Assembly (NCBI GenBank): GCA_934120395.1
Contig: CAKOTZ010000005.1
Location: 29,822-93,821, forward strand
Direction: 5' to 3'
From: an uncultured Clostridia bacterium
Lineage (GTDB): Bacteria; Bacillota; Clostridia; TANB77; CAG-508
Length of the DNA stretch: 64,000 bases
The first letter of the stretch is position 1. Each line of letters opens with the position of its first letter. This document shows, piece by piece, positions 48,465 to 56,906 of this stretch. The position numbers and the translations under genes were made by a program. The notes beneath the pieces were generated by a model. It was given only the letters and a program-made list of their open reading frames with translations. It had not been told where the DNA came from and did no database searches.

Positions 48465-49400
48465 CTACAGTGATAGATTTATTCCTCGTGCAAGCACCGA
48501 TGACATATTTTCTATTAAATCATCAATTTCCTTTGGAGTTACAATCAAATTATAGTCTTTAGGTAATAGTGCTTCTTTAATCATAGTATATTTATCTTCA
48601 TCTTTAAGTTTGTTTAAATAATCATTTGACTTTGCTTCTTCCTGCAGTTTTTCAATAAAAATGTCTAAACTATCAGCTGCCAATGTTGCAGCCTCAACAA
48701 CTGTTGGTACTCCAATTGCAATTACAGGTACTCCTAAGCTTTCCTTGCTTATTTCCTTTCGCTTATTTCCTACACCAGCTCCTGGTACAATTCCTGTATC
48801 TGCAATCTGTATAGTACTACTAATTCTGTCAATACTTTTTGAGGCTAAACTATCAATTACTATAATTAATTTTGGCTTTATATTTTCCACTACGCCTTTT
48901 AAAATTTCTAATGTTTCAATTCCAGTTGTACCCAATACTCCTGGTGCTAAAGCACTTACAGGTCTTGTGTTTGGCTCCAAATATTGCGGAGCATAATGTA
49001 GTAAATGTCTTGTTATGTCTATACTTGTGATAACTTTTGGTCCTAAAGCATCTGGGGTTACTTGCATATTCCCTAATCCCACCACTAAAATGTCTTGTTC
49101 TTGTCCTTGTATATTTTTTTTATATAATTCTTTTAACTCTTTTGAAAGGCACTGTGCAGCCTTTTCTATTTCTTCTCTTTGTGCTATTTTTAAATTTTTT
49201 ATATCAATTGTAATATACGTACCTATAGGTTTTCCAAGTGCATTTGCGCCTTCTTCACTTATAATTTTTACTCTCGTTGTACATATATCTTCATCCTTGT
49301 TTTGTTCTGTTTCAACCCCAGGTATTTCATCTTCAAGTTTATTTGCTTTTTTATAAATATCTCGTCTTTCATCTGCTAAATCTGTTCTAAAATTGTACAT
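48465..49400 (-). CDS. gpr: GPR endopeptidase (spore germination protease)
   Basis: MYNFRTDLADER..., ...GLGNMQVTPDALGP..., ...IADTGIVPGAGVGN... Confidence 0.9.
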   Translation of the reverse strand: MYNFRTDLADERRDIYKKANKLEDEIPGVETEQNKDEDICTTRVKIISEEGANALGKPIGTYITIDIKNLKIAQREEIEKAAQCLSKELKELYKKNIQGQEQDILVVGLGNMQVTPDALGPKVITSIDITRHLLHYAPQYLEPNTRPVSALAPGVLGTTGIETLEILKGVVENIKPKLIIVIDSLASKSIDRISSTIQIADTGIVPGAGVGNKRKEISKESLGVPVIAIGVPTVVEAATLAADSLDIFIEKLQEEAKSNDYLNKLKDEDKYTMIKEALLPKDYNLIVTPKEIDDLIENMSSVLARGINLSL

Positions 49401-49453
49401 AAAAAAACCTCCATTCTTTACTATTTTGTAAAGAATGAAGGTTTTTTATACAT

Positions 49454-50521
49454 TTAATTGTTATCTATTTTTAATTCATTTTTATTAATCAATTCTGAGC
49501 TTGCCCAATAGTACGTTCCATCATTTGCTTGTTTGAAAGTATGCTTATACATTGGTATTCCAACATTTTGTTGCTTTAGCAATTGCAATATTTCTTCAGG
49601 ATATACTTCAGAAGAAACGTTTGTAACTTTTAATTTTAATTTTTCATCTGACGTAGCATATACAGTTACTGGCTCTTCCATATGTTTAACTTTTATATAA
49701 TTGTCATAAATATAAATTTCATCATTATTTTGTTCAGCTTTAAGTAATTTTGAATCATCAAAGAAGTCGTAATCTCCGCCACCTTCAATATTAAAGTACT
49801 TGTATGTATTATTATCATATGCAAAAACCTCTGCTATTCCTCCATAAGAATGTTTTTCTATATTAATCTTGGTATTATACATTTGCATTGCTCTTGCTTG
49901 TATATCATTCATGCTAAACGTATAAACATCACTTGTTATATCACTATATTTTCCTTCTTGAATTTCATATTTTCCTGTTACAAAATTATAATAATAACTA
50001 TCTTCTAAATTCATTCTTCTAGAGCTAGTGCCAAATTCATCATAAGCCTCGTTTAAACTTTCTAATTTCGTTACAGTGTATTTTTTATCATTTAATAATG
50101 TCTCTAATGTTACTATTAATTTCAAGTCGTCTTCTAAGGTACTATTTGTTATTTTTTCGCTTCTATAATAGCCAGTATATATTCCGTTCCAGTTGAACCA
50201 TGGTGAATAACTATCTTTTCCAACATATCCCTCTTCATAAGCTTCTGCAGGATACTTTTCGCAGATATAGCCATATAGGTTTTGTACCAAATCGCTATTT
50301 ATATCCAAACTTTTTACCGTATCCTTGTTGATTTCATTTTGCTTGTTCTCCATAACATTTTCTTCTTTTGCTGTACCTACCGTATTTGTGTTATTCTGTT
50401 CTGTCTGTTTATCTTGTTTTGCAAGTTGTATTTCCATAAAAATTACAACTACTGCTAAAATTATAGCTATAATTACTGCTATAAATGTTCCTAAGCTCAT
50501 CTTAATTTGCTTTTTTTCCAT
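49454..50521 (-). CDS. Membrane-anchored hypothetical protein
   Basis: Start placed at MEKKQIKMSLGTFIAVII (RBS GGAAGGGGA). Single TM segment plus an extracellular domain. No family recognised. Confidence 0.6.
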   Translation of the reverse strand: MEKKQIKMSLGTFIAVIIAIILAVVVIFMEIQLAKQDKQTEQNNTNTVGTAKEENVMENKQNEINKDTVKSLDINSDLVQNLYGYICEKYPAEAYEEGYVGKDSYSPWFNWNGIYTGYYRSEKITNSTLEDDLKLIVTLETLLNDKKYTVTKLESLNEAYDEFGTSSRRMNLEDSYYYNFVTGKYEIQEGKYSDITSDVYTFSMNDIQARAMQMYNTKINIEKHSYGGIAEVFAYDNNTYKYFNIEGGGDYDFFDDSKLLKAEQNNDEIYIYDNYIKVKHMEEPVTVYATSDEKLKLKVTNVSSEVYPEEILQLLKQQNVGIPMYKHTFKQANDGTYYWASSELINKNELKIDNN

Positions 50522-50600
50522 TGTATTTCCCCTTCCTATTTTTCTTTCGTTTGTTAACCTCATGATGTTAGCTTTATTGTATATAATACGACATAGTATG

Positions 50601-51110
50601 TCAATAATATTTATTATATTCCACACATTTTTCTTCTAATAATTTAAAATTACAGCATCTTGATTTTATACTTTCTGATAATTTTCCATCGTTGTATAGT
50701 TTATATAATTTAAAAGATTTATTTTTTACTTGTTTATAATTTGCATTTAACCAATTTAATTGTTCTCGTAATAATCTCTGGTATTTTAATTCTGAAATAG
50801 TTAAAGTTTCTTTATTTAAATCAACTAAAGAGTAATTGTTGCTTGTTACTGGTATCATATTATTGAGATTGATTGCCCCTAATTCACCATCTTTAATTTT
50901 AAAAAAATCAATTGTATTTTTCATATTTTTGTGTTTAGGCTTCGGACTTGATAATGGTGCAAAATACTCACAAGTATCTATTTGAAATAATATTCCTATA
51001 AAAGGACGTATCTCTTTTTCATTTTTATTATATGCTACCTTATTATCAAATTTTCTTAAATAATCACAATAATCTGAATTAACTCTAACAATCTTTAAAT
51101 TTATAATCAT
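50601..51110 (-). CDS. Type III toxin-antitoxin ToxN/AbiQ-family endoribonuclease toxin
   Basis: MIINLKIVRVNSDYCDYLRKFDNKV...RPFIGILFQIDTCEYFAPLSSPKPKH... matches the AbiQ/ToxN N-terminal signature from memory. Preceded by tandem repeats and a terminator. Confidence 0.8.
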   Translation of the reverse strand: MIINLKIVRVNSDYCDYLRKFDNKVAYNKNEKEIRPFIGILFQIDTCEYFAPLSSPKPKHKNMKNTIDFFKIKDGELGAINLNNMIPVTSNNYSLVDLNKETLTISELKYQRLLREQLNWLNANYKQVKNKSFKLYKLYNDGKLSESIKSRCCNFKLLEEKCVEYNKYY

Positions 51111-51160
51111 TACAATTTTCCTCCTCAGTATTTCAATTATATATTAAAATTTATAAAAGT

Positions 51161-51195
51161 ACAATAATAAAGGATTAGAGTTTTACCTCTAATCC
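51161..51195 (-). terminator. Intra-operon terminator between the repeats and the toxin gene
   Basis: On the minus strand: GGATTAGAG gtaaaa CTCTAATCC then TTTATTATTG. This is the position expected for type III TA loci. Confidence 0.65.
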
Positions 51196-51198
51196 CCC

Positions 51199-51306
51199 TT
51201 TTTTAAGTTCCAATTTAATGGCTGGAAACACCGCTTTTTTAAGTTCCAATTTAATGGCTGGAAACACCGCTTTTTTAAGTTCCAACTTTTTGGCTGGATT
51301 CACCAA
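51199..51306 (-). ncRNA. ToxI/antiQ-like antitoxin RNA: 2.8 tandem 36-nt repeats
   Basis: Plus-strand unit TTTTTTAAGTTCCAATTTAATGGCTGGAAACACCGC at 51199-51234 and 51235-51270 (identical), with a degenerate third copy at 51271-~51306. The copies are contiguous, with no spacers. Confidence 0.75.
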
Positions 51307-51432
51307 CTTTTTGATTATTTCAAGCAATAATATTATATGCAATTTAGATGTTTTTATTGCTTTACGTGTTTTTAATATACCATATTTTTAGGCAATAATC
51401 AATATTTTTTTAATCTTTAATTTACAAACGCC

Positions 51433-51463
51433 AAAAAACTTACCTTTGTATGGTAAGTTTTTT
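51433..51463. terminator. Cassette terminator T1
   Basis: AAAAAACTTACC tttgtat GGTAAGTTTTTT, a bidirectional design. Copies occur at 52716, 54056, 55146 and 56875. Confidence 0.7.
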
Positions 51464-51683
51464 GTTCTTCTCGCTAATGTAGTACCTATTTTCAATACAC
51501 TAAACTATCTCTTCCTAGCCGAAAGCAAAAATATATAAAATTTAAGAGTGAGTTCGACCTTGAAGCAGTCATTCACTACACAAGTTTAGAATGTGTTCAA
51601 TAAAATTTGAAAAGACTGTCGTTCAATCGCCTTGGAGAACGGAACGGCTAAATTTTCATATATTTTTGTGTAGGCGGTAACAC
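51464..51683 (-). repeat. Conserved ~220-nt 3' element, copy E1
   Basis: Runs from ...GTGTTACCGCCTACAC (directly after the G1 stop region) to ...GCGAGAAGAACA. More than 85% identical by eye to copies E2-E5. Confidence 0.75.
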
Positions 51684-51699
51684 AGCAGTTTCTAAAAAA

Positions 51700-52578
51700 C
51701 TACAATTTAGATTTAGAGATAATCACAACTGGGCGCACCCCAATTTTCTCGACGAAGTGATATCCACCGATGTTACCGCTGCTGTACACACACCACGTTT
51801 GGCCGAAGCCGGCGCCCTCATTTGCAAGCCAATAGTAAGTCCCAATATTTCTATAACTTGCCGCAACCCCTTCTGCTTCTGCTTTTGTTAAAAGTCGTCC
51901 ACTTCCACCTAAGTTGCTTCCAAATGTACTTGCTTGACCTTTTGCACTATCCCAATCATTATTACCTATAGTTGTTTTACATAGCAAGGTTACATTAGTT
52001 CCGTCATCTCCTATTACATAAAAACTATATCCTCCAAGACTTACTGTTTCTCCATTTGAATACTTTGTTTTTTTGTTTACCTTTAGTGCATATGTTGCCG
52101 TTTTTGCATTGTAATTTCCTGTTGCTGCACTTGTTACTGTTATTGTTGCTGTTCCATCCACATTCTTTGGCGTTACTGTTATTGTATTTCCGCTTATAGT
52201 AGCTGTTGCAATATCTTCGTTTGATGTTTTTACGCTTAACTCTCCTCCACTTGTATTTTTTATTACGTCAAATGTTATTGTATTTGGATAAGTACATTCT
52301 CCACTTGTTGCTGAAAGTTCTATTTCTCCTTCTTTTTTATCTTCTACTTTATTACTCTCATTTTTTTCTAATTTATTGAAATAATCCTCAACTTTGTTTA
52401 GTAATTCCTGCTCATTTTTACTGCTTTCTTTATATTTATCTACACTAGACTGTGCCTTCTTAATTAGCCCATTCTCTCCTAGTACCATCGATAAACTCAC
52501 TCCCGCTAAAATTAGCAAAACAATAATTGTGATTATCAATGCTACCAATGTAATTGCTTTGTTACTTTTCAAGTTCAT
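51700..52578 (-). CDS. Pilin-like N-terminus / Ig-like / DUF1566-like variable protein G1 (long form)
   Basis: MNLKSNKAITLVALIITIIVLLILAGVSLS hydrophobic N-terminus. Ig-like repeat (ELSATSGECTYPNTITFDV...TITVTSAATG). C-terminal ...GRLLTKAEAEGVAASYRNIGTYYWLAN..[GC-rich NNC codons]..GVRPVVIISKSKL. Confidence 0.8.
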   Translation of the reverse strand: MNLKSNKAITLVALIITIIVLLILAGVSLSMVLGENGLIKKAQSSVDKYKESSKNEQELLNKVEDYFNKLEKNESNKVEDKKEGEIELSATSGECTYPNTITFDVIKNTSGGELSVKTSNEDIATATISGNTITVTPKNVDGTATITVTSAATGNYNAKTATYALKVNKKTKYSNGETVSLGGYSFYVIGDDGTNVTLLCKTTIGNNDWDSAKGQASTFGSNLGGSGRLLTKAEAEGVAASYRNIGTYYWLANEGAGFGQTWCVYSSGNIGGYHFVEKIGVRPVVIISKSKL

Positions 52579-52715
52579 TTTTATCCCTCTTTCCTTTGTG
52601 TTTCTACATAAAATTACTGATTTATTTTGTTCACGACTAAGCAATATTATGTAATTTTATGTTAATTAATTAACCATATTTTATACTATTATCTTGAACT
52701 TGTAAAGTACAATTG

Positions 52716-52746
52716 AAAAAAACTTACCTTTACATGGTAAGTTTTT
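52716..52746. terminator. Cassette terminator T2
   Basis: AAAAAAACTTACC tttacat GGTAAGTTTTT. Confidence 0.7.
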
Positions 52747-52965
52747 GTTCTTCTCGCTGATGTAGTAGCTATTTTCAATACACTAAACTATCTCTTCCTA
52801 GCCGTAAGAAAAATATATAAAATTTAAAAGTGAGTTCGACCTTGAAGCAGTCATTCACTCCACAAGTTTAGAATGTGTTCAATAAAAATTGACAAGGCTA
52901 TTGTTCAAGCGCCTTGGAGAACGGAACGGCTAAATTTTTATATATTTTTGTGTAGGCGGTAACAC
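52747..52965 (-). repeat. Conserved ~220-nt 3' element, copy E2
   Basis: Same element, between the G2 stop and T2. Confidence 0.75.
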
Positions 52966-52978
52966 GACAGTAAAAAAA

Positions 52979-53845
52979 CTACAATTTAGATTTAGAGATA
53001 ACCACAACTGGGCGCACCCCACCGTTGTAGAATTTAGTGTTGTGTGAGTCGATTCTACCTCTGCTGTCCACATAATACGCAAGTTCGTAGCCGTTGCGGT
53101 CGGTGCCGCCCGCATCTGCAAGCCAATAGGCAGTTCCAATATTTCTATAACTTGCTGCCACTCCTCCTGCTTCTGCTTTTGTTAAAAGTCGTCCACTTCC
53201 TCCTAAGTTGCTTCCAAATGTACTTGCTTGACTATTTGCGCTACTCCAACCAGTACCACCTATAGTTGTTTTACATAGCAGGGTTACATTAGTTCCATCA
53301 TCTCCTATTACATAAAAACTATACCCCCCAACGCTTACCGTTTCTCCATTTGAATACGTTGTTTTTTTATTTACCTTTAATGTGTAGTCAACTGTCCCTT
53401 CTTTATATTCTTTTGTTCCTGCACTTGTTACTGTTATTATTACAGTTCCATCTATATTTTTTGGTGTTACTGTTATTTTATTTCCACTTATAGTAGCTGT
53501 TGCAATATCTTCGTTTGATGTTTTTACGCTTAACTCTCCTCCACTTGTATTTTTTATTACGTCAAATGTTATTGTATTCGGATAAGTACATTCTCCACTT
53601 GTTGCTGAAAGTTCTATTTCTCCATCTTTTCTATTTAGTAAATCAAAGTATTCTTCTACTTTATTTAACAAATTCTGCTCGTTTACATAGCTCTCCTGAT
53701 ACTTATTCACGCTTGACTGTGTCTTGTTAATTAGCCCATTATCTCCTAGCACCATTGATAAACTCACTCCTGCTAAAATTAGCAAAACAATAATTGTGAT
53801 TATCAAAGCCACTAACGTAATTGCTTTGTTACTTTTCAAGTTCAT
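52979..53845 (-). CDS. Pilin-like / Ig-like / DUF1566-like variable protein G2 (long form)
   Basis: Start at MNLKSNK behind AAAGGATG. Same architecture as G1. The variable region at about 53015-53135 has 50-67% G+C (hand count). Confidence 0.8.
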   Translation of the reverse strand: MNLKSNKAITLVALIITIIVLLILAGVSLSMVLGDNGLINKTQSSVNKYQESYVNEQNLLNKVEEYFDLLNRKDGEIELSATSGECTYPNTITFDVIKNTSGGELSVKTSNEDIATATISGNKITVTPKNIDGTVIITVTSAGTKEYKEGTVDYTLKVNKKTTYSNGETVSVGGYSFYVIGDDGTNVTLLCKTTIGGTGWSSANSQASTFGSNLGGSGRLLTKAEAGGVAASYRNIGTAYWLADAGGTDRNGYELAYYVDSRGRIDSHNTKFYNGGVRPVVVISKSKL

Positions 53846-54055
53846 AAAAAACATCCTTTCATTTGTGTTCAATTTTATATTCAATCAATAAACATTATAT
53901 AACATAGTGTTTTAAAATACAATACAACATTTTGTTTTATTTTGCATATTTATATTAAATATTATTAACCTAAAATTGCTATTTTATCCATACAAATAAC
54001 ACTATTAAACTTTCATAACATACTTTCTTCTTAAAGATTCCTTTATGAAAAAAAC

Positions 54056-54089
54056 GCAAAAAAACTTACCTTTGTATGGTAAGCTTTTT
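54056..54089. terminator. Cassette terminator T3
   Basis: AAAAAAAACTTACC tttgtat GGTAAGCTTTTT. Confidence 0.65.
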
Positions 54090-54306
54090 GTTCTTCTCGC
54101 TAATGCATTGCTAAGTTTAAGCACTAAACTACCTCTTCCTAGCCGTAAGAAAAATATATAAAATTTAAAAGTGAGTTCGACCTTGAAGCAGTTATTCATT
54201 CCACAAGTTTAGAATGTGTTCAATAAAATATGAAAAGGCTGTCGTCCAAGCGCCTTGGAGAACGGAACGGCTAAATTTTCATATATTTTTGTGTAGGCGG
54301 TAACAC
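54090..54306 (-). repeat. Conserved ~220-nt 3' element, copy E3
   Basis: Same element, downstream of G3 and hairpin B. Confidence 0.75.
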
Positions 54307-54312
54307 GAAAAA

Positions 54313-54354
54313 TATGTAGGAAAAACGACATTTTTCTTTGCCATTTTCCTACAT
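54313..54354. other. Hairpin B downstream of the G3 variable region
   Basis: ATGTAGGAAAA ...20-nt loop... TTTTCCTACAT. The same hairpin occurs at 55493-55534 and 57143-57184. Confidence 0.6.
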
Positions 54355-54402
54355 ATTTTTTTACCATTTACAAAGGTGCTATTTCTTCCAGAAATTAGGG
54401 CT

Positions 54403-55008
54403 TTATTTAGTTTTAGAGATAACCACAACTGGGCGCACCCCAAGGCTGATGTCGACGCTGGTGCCGATGTTACCGTCGTCGTTCACATACCACGCGTAGC
54501 CACGACTAATTAGATACGCATCTGCAAGCCAATAGCCAGTTCCAATATTTCTATAACTTGCTGCAACTCCTTCTGCTTCTGCTTTTGTTAAAAATCGCCC
54601 ACTTCCTCCTAGGTTGCTTCCAAATGTAATTGCTTGATTTTCAGTGCTCCTCCAATCACCATTACCTATAATTGTTTTGCATAGCAGAGTTACATTAGTT
54701 CCGTCATCTCCTATTACATAAAAATCATATCCCCCCAGGCTTACTGTTTCTCCATTTGAATACGTTCTATCTTCCAGTTTATTACTCGCATTTTTTTCTA
54801 ATTTATCAAAGTATTCTTCTACCTTATTTAACAAATTTTGCTCATTTACATAGCTTTCTTGATATTTATCTACACTTGACTGTGCCTTGTTGATTAATCC
54901 ATTTTCTCCTAGCACCATTGATAAACTCACTCCCGCTAAAATTAGCAAAACAATAATTGTGATTATCAATGCTACTAACGTGATTGCTTTGTTACTTTTC
55001 AAGTTCAT
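54403..55008 (-). CDS. Pilin-like / DUF1566-like variable protein G3 (short form, no Ig-like module)
   Basis: 201 aa. The N-terminus and C-terminal domain are homologous to G1/G2. Variable region about 54440-54545. Confidence 0.8.
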   Translation of the reverse strand: MNLKSNKAITLVALIITIIVLLILAGVSLSMVLGENGLINKAQSSVDKYQESYVNEQNLLNKVEEYFDKLEKNASNKLEDRTYSNGETVSLGGYDFYVIGDDGTNVTLLCKTIIGNGDWRSTENQAITFGSNLGGSGRFLTKAEAEGVAASYRNIGTGYWLADAYLISRGYAWYVNDDGNIGTSVDISLGVRPVVVISKTK

Positions 55009-55145
55009 TTTTATACCTCTTTCCTTTGTATTCCTACATAAAATTGCTATTTTAGTTTGTCCATATCTAAGCCATATTATGTAATTTTATATTAATTAGT
55101 TAACCGTATTCTATACTATTTTTTTGAACTTGTAAAGTACAATTG

Positions 55146-55176
55146 AAAAAAACTTACCTTTACATGGTAAGTTTTT
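55146..55176. terminator. Cassette terminator T4
   Basis: AAAAAAACTTACC tttacat GGTAAGTTTTT. It is separated from E4 by an ~80-nt insertion (55177-55256) not seen in the other units. Confidence 0.65.
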
Positions 55177-55256
55177 GTTCTGTAAATTGTCAAGCAAAAA
55201 TTAACAAAAATTCTCATATTAAATTGAACAATTATTCTCAACTAAAAAAATATATT

Positions 55257-55475
55257 TGTTCTTCTCGCTAATGCATTGCTAAGTTTAAGTTACTAAACTA
55301 CCTCTTCCTAGCCGTAAGAAAAATATATAAAATTTAAAAGTGAGTTCGACCTTGAAGCAGTCATTCACTACATAAGTTTAGAATGTGTTCAATAGAATTT
55401 GAAAAGGCTGTCGTTCAAGCGCCTTGGAGAACGGAACGGCTAAATTTTCATATATTTTTGTGTAGGCGGTAACAC
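55257..55475 (-). repeat. Conserved ~220-nt 3' element, copy E4 (follows the template-like segment, not a gene)
   Basis: Same element. Here the upstream partner is the AAC-rich segment plus hairpin B. Confidence 0.75.
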
Positions 55476-55492
55476 GATAGTTAGCAAAAAAA

Positions 55493-55534
55493 TATGTAGG
55501 AAAAACGACATTTTTGTTTGCCATTTTCCTACAT
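55493..55534. other. Hairpin B copy abutting the template-like segment
   Basis: ATGTAGGAAAA...TTTTCCTACAT, immediately 3' (gene orientation) of ...ACC AGC AAT. Confidence 0.6.
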
Positions 55535-55535
55535 A

Positions 55536-55623
55536 ATTGCTGGTGTTGTTACCGTTGTTGTTCACATACCACGCGTTGTTGTTGCTGTTTGCATCTGCAA
55601 GCCAATAGTTAGTTCCAATATTT
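55536..55623 (-). other. Free-standing AAC-rich DGR-template-like (TR-like) segment
   Basis: Coding orientation: AAT ATT GGA ACT AAC TAT TGG CTT GCA GAT GCA AAC AGC AAC AAC AAC GCG TGG TAT GTG AAC AAC AAC GGT AAC AAC ACC AGC AAT. It is homologous to the variable C-terminal regions of G1-G6 but not part of any ORF. Confidence 0.6.
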
Positions 55624-55786
55624 ACGACATAACAACCAGAGTTTGCTAGTACTCCCCTATATTAACCACCTTTTCTGGTGTTATTAATACCCTATTTTTC
55701 TCCAATTTGGTGCAGTTGCCCAAATTGAAGATTTACAGGTGCTATTTCTTCCAGAAATTAGCACCTTATTTAGTTTCCTTCGGAAA

Positions 55787-56662
55787 CTAAGGCAATTTAG
55801 ATTTAGAGATAACTACAACCGGGCGCACCCCAATATCGATATCGCCCATCCAGCCGATGATGCGTCCGTCTCTGAACACAAACCACGCGCCACTTCCGTT
55901 TGCATCTGCAAGCCAATAGTCAGTTCCAATATTTCTATAACTTGCTGCAACTCCTTCTGCCTCTGCTTTTGTTAACAATCGTCCTGTTCCTCCTAGGCTG
56001 CTTCCAAATGAGCTTGCTTGACTTTTTGCACCATTCCAACTATTAGTACCTATAGTTGTTTTGCATAACAATGTTACATTCGTTCCGTCATCTCCTATTA
56101 CATAAAATTCATAATTTCCTACTTTTACTGTGTCTCCTGTAGTATATGTCTTTTGTTTTTTTACGGTCAATGCATATGTTACGGATTTTGCATTATAGTT
56201 TCCTGTTGCTGCACTAGTTACTGTTATCGTTGCTGTTCCATCCACATTCTTTGGCGTTACTGTTATTGTATTTCCGCTTATAGTAGCTGTTGCAATATCT
56301 TCGTTTGATGTTTTTACGCTTAACTCTCCTCCACTTGTATTTTTTATTACGTCAAATGTTATTGTATTTGGATAAGTACATTCTCCACTTGTTGCTGAAA
56401 GTTCTATTTCTCCTTCTTTTTTATCTTCTACTTTATTACTTACATTCTTTTCTAATTTATCAAAGTATTCTTCTACCTTATTTAATAAATTCTGCTCATT
56501 TACATAGCTTTCCTGATACTTATTCACACTAGACTGTGTCTTGTTAATTAGCCCATTCTCTCCTAGCACCATTGATAAACTTACTCCCGCTAAAATTAGC
56601 AAAACAATAATTGTGATTATCAAAGCCACTAATGTAATTGCTTTGTTACTCTTTAAGTTCAT
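55787..56662 (-). CDS. Pilin-like / Ig-like / DUF1566-like variable protein G5 (long form)
   Basis: Same architecture as the other long forms. Variable region about 55830-55925. The stop is followed by a perfect 9-bp hairpin TTAGTTTCC gaa GGAAACTAA. Confidence 0.8.
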   Translation of the reverse strand: MNLKSNKAITLVALIITIIVLLILAGVSLSMVLGENGLINKTQSSVNKYQESYVNEQNLLNKVEEYFDKLEKNVSNKVEDKKEGEIELSATSGECTYPNTITFDVIKNTSGGELSVKTSNEDIATATISGNTITVTPKNVDGTATITVTSAATGNYNAKSVTYALTVKKQKTYTTGDTVKVGNYEFYVIGDDGTNVTLLCKTTIGTNSWNGAKSQASSFGSSLGGTGRLLTKAEAEGVAASYRNIGTDYWLADANGSGAWFVFRDGRIIGWMGDIDIGVRPVVVISKSKLP

Positions 56663-56874
56663 AAAAAACATCCTTTCATTTGTATTCAATTTTATATTCA
56701 ATTAATAAACATTATATAGCATAATGTTTTAAAATACAATACAACATTTTGTTTTATTTTGCATATTTATATTAAATATTATTGACCTAAAATTGCTATT
56801 TTATCCATACAAATAACACTATTAAACTTTCATAACATACTTTCTTCTTAAAGATTCCTTTATGAAAAAAACGC

Positions 56875-56906
56875 AAAAAAACTTACCTTTACATGGTAAG
56901 CTTTTT
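56875..56906. terminator. Cassette terminator T5
   Basis: AAAAAAACTTACC tttacat GGTAAGCTTTTT. Confidence 0.65.

Noticed and set aside
51199-51306. The tandem 36-nt repeats could be mistaken for a CRISPR array.
   Set aside because: The units are directly contiguous with no spacers. There are only 2.8 copies and no cas genes. They sit upstream of a terminator and a ToxN/AbiQ-like ORF, which fits a type III antitoxin RNA.
54005-54199. A 64-aa track ORF inside the conserved 3' element / terminator T3.
   Set aside because: It is open in only one of the five copies of the element. It spans a terminator hairpin and has no RBS.
55177-55256. An ~80-nt insertion between terminator T4 and element E4, considered as a possible mobile element or promoter.
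   Set aside because: It is too short. I could see no terminal inverted repeats, target duplication or coding capacity. It is noted only as a unit-specific insertion.
55739-55975. Plus-strand ORFs across the variable regions (55739..55975, 57205..57432, 53044..53265).
   Set aside because: They are antisense to the G5, G6 and G2 C-terminal regions. They are open only because the GC-rich NNC-codon tracts lack stop codons on the opposite strand.
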